Source: Promethearchaeota archaeon (GTDB taxonomy: Archaea > Asgardarchaeota > Lokiarchaeia > Sigyniarchaeales > SOKP01). Taken from it: a DNA stretch of 64,000 nt. Made by a program: the position numbers and the translations under genes. The notes beneath the pieces are model-generated. The model worked only from the letters and a program-made list of their open reading frames with translations. It was not told where the DNA came from and made no database searches. How positions within the stretch are numbered: position 1 is the stretch's first letter; each line of letters starts with the position of its first letter. Location of the stretch: the NCBI GenBank assembly GCA_048939995.1, contig JBHLOY010000011.1, positions 64,001 through 128,000 on the forward strand, written 5' to 3'. Shown in pieces: positions 62,343 through 64,000 of this stretch.

Positions 62343-63227
62343 ATGGGAAAGAAAAAAGGAATACCAAATTGGTCTTCTGAAATCTCAGAAGAAGGTATAG
62401 AATTTACTCAATCTGAGATAATGTTAAAACTTGTTTCATCTATAGATGAGAGAGGTTTGCCTCATATTACGATGATTTCAAGTAATCGGGCTAAAAATGA
62501 AAGCCAAATCGTATGGGGTGCTTTTACAGAAGGAACAAGCAAAAAAAACGTGAAAAAAAATCCAAAACAAGGTATTTTCTATATGACTGCTGAGATGCCA
62601 TTTAAATTTCTTCAAGCCAAAGTAGAATTTTCTCACACCTCGAAAGAAGGAGAAGATTTAGAACATTTTAATAAAACTGAATTAATGCGGTATAATGTTT
62701 ATATACGAGTTCACACAGCTTATTATAACAAGATAATAGCTGTGACTCCTGTGAGAAATTTGCCTTTAAGCGGTATAATTTTAGGAATCTTGAAAGACAT
62801 GATAGGAAAAGGTGGTGCGAAAACTAAACTTGAAGAAAAAAGATTAGATGTGATTGGATATAATCTTTTTAGAGCCCCAATTGCAGTTAGAGTAATTTCT
62901 TATATAGACCCCTCTGATGGATATCCTGTTATGATACCATGTATTCAACTTCAAGCAGCCGACCATAATAGATTGGTTTTTCCACCATCAATTTTAAAGC
63001 AGGATTTGTATCAAATACCAGTTAATTCTAAAGTTGCTGTTTTTGGGATGAATTTTGATTTTGCTAATCAAGTTGTAAAAGGTACATTTACAGGTTTCAA
63101 GAAATTCCGAGGAATTAAATTTGGTATTATAGAAATCGAAGAAATTTATAATAGCTGTCCACCAATAGTGGGTAAGATTTATCCTGAAATAGAAACAATA
63201 CCAAAAGTCACAGAATTTAATCTCTAA
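62343..63227 (+). CDS. Tandem FMN-binding split-barrel (PNPOx-like) protein
   Basis: VSSIDERGLPHI and ISYIDPSDGYPVMIP repeats. Confidence 0.65.
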   Translation: MGKKKGIPNWSSEISEEGIEFTQSEIMLKLVSSIDERGLPHITMISSNRAKNESQIVWGAFTEGTSKKNVKKNPKQGIFYMTAEMPFKFLQAKVEFSHTSKEGEDLEHFNKTELMRYNVYIRVHTAYYNKIIAVTPVRNLPLSGIILGILKDMIGKGGAKTKLEEKRLDVIGYNLFRAPIAVRVISYIDPSDGYPVMIPCIQLQAADHNRLVFPPSILKQDLYQIPVNSKVAVFGMNFDFANQVVKGTFTGFKKFRGIKFGIIEIEEIYNSCPPIVGKIYPEIETIPKVTEFNL

Positions 63228-63361
63228 TTTTATAATCTATATGACATTCTATTTTATATTTTGAAGCCTAGAATTGAAAACCTTATTTTAAATTTTAATT
63301 TTTCCTAATTATAAAATATTAATTAAACCATAAGTTTTTTGACATAATCGGGGAATTATTA

Positions 63362-63493
63362 ATGAGTGAAAAAATGAACGTTTTGTTTATCATCACTGAT
63401 CAGCAAAGAGCTGATATGTTAGGGTGTTATGGGAATAAAGTTATTAAAACTCCTAATTTAGACAGACTTCCCAAGAGACAAGGAGCCACGTAA
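63362..63493 (+). pseudogene. Sulfatase N-terminal remnant (43 aa)
   Basis: [32 protein letters not shown] is a typical sulfatase N-terminus; the ORF stops before the CxPxR motif. Confidence 0.8.
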
Positions 63494-63544
63494 GTGAGGA
63501 TGGAAATTATCTTTTCTGGAATGAAAGAATTGAGTAAGTAAATA

Positions 63545-64000
63545 ATGATATGGAAAACACACATTACCCATATGTTGGGAATTAAATACCCATTAATAAT
63601 GGGGGCATTTGGTGGATGGGGTAAATCTGATTTTGCTTCAGCATTTTCAAATGCTGGAGGTTTAGGAGTCATTGCTGCTTTAAACTTTCCGGATCTAGAT
63701 AACTTTAAAAATGATATAGAAAAAATGCGAATGCTTACAGATAAACCATTTGCTATAAATCTTTCATTGCCACACCATAAATTTGAAGAAACTGAGGAAG
63801 ATAAGAAAACGAAAAAAAGGTATCTAAAGTATGTTGAAATGGCACTTAATCAAGATTGTAAAATTTTTACAACTTCTGGCTATAAAGCAGACTTCATTGG
63901 ACGAAGAGTTCATGAATCTGGTGCCTATTGGTTTCACAAATGTGTATTAGTGAGACATGCTCTTTCAGCTGAAAAGCAAGGTGCTGATGCAGTAACAATG
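63545..64000 (+). CDS. Nitronate monooxygenase/FabK-like flavoenzyme (3' partial)
   Basis: THITHMLGIKYPLIMG...SAFSNAGGLG...LTDKPFAINL; runs off the window. Confidence 0.88.
   Translation, partial: MIWKTHITHMLGIKYPLIMGAFGGWGKSDFASAFSNAGGLGVIAALNFPDLDNFKNDIEKMRMLTDKPFAINLSLPHHKFEETEEDKKTKKRYLKYVEMALNQDCKIFTTSGYKADFIGRRVHESGAYWFHKCVLVRHALSAEKQGADAVTM

Overview
AT-rich archaeal chromosomal window, most likely an Asgard archaeon (Lokiarchaeia-like). This placement is inferred from Orc1/Cdc6, XerA and Hdr subunits occurring together with eukaryotic-signature proteins: a Rab-like GTPase, a gelsolin-domain protein, a longin/uDENN-like protein, vWA+Zn-finger proteins and a GIFT/IFT52-like protein. 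It holds about 60 CDS, mostly metabolic or housekeeping: HdrA-MvhD, HdrB/C, FbaB, a Tpl-like lyase, PiT, TldD/E, TrxB, a glycyl radical enzyme with activase, and two secreted metalloprotease paralogs. I saw no rRNA, tRNA, CRISPR array or transposase. The main finding is in purA (minus strand, true start 45975). Its invariant WGDEGKGK P-loop is interrupted by a 30-nt, stop-containing insert (45897-45926) that folds into a relaxed bulge-helix-bulge motif. The canonical tRNA-endonuclease cut positions restore the catalytic Asp codon exactly, so this is a candidate EndA-spliced mRNA intron in an Asgard metabolic gene. Secondary findings are a ~190-nt nested-stem intergenic element, similar leader hairpins before both proteases, two probable CTG-initiated genes, a 14-bp inverted repeat pair beside xerA, and several ESP-like modules.
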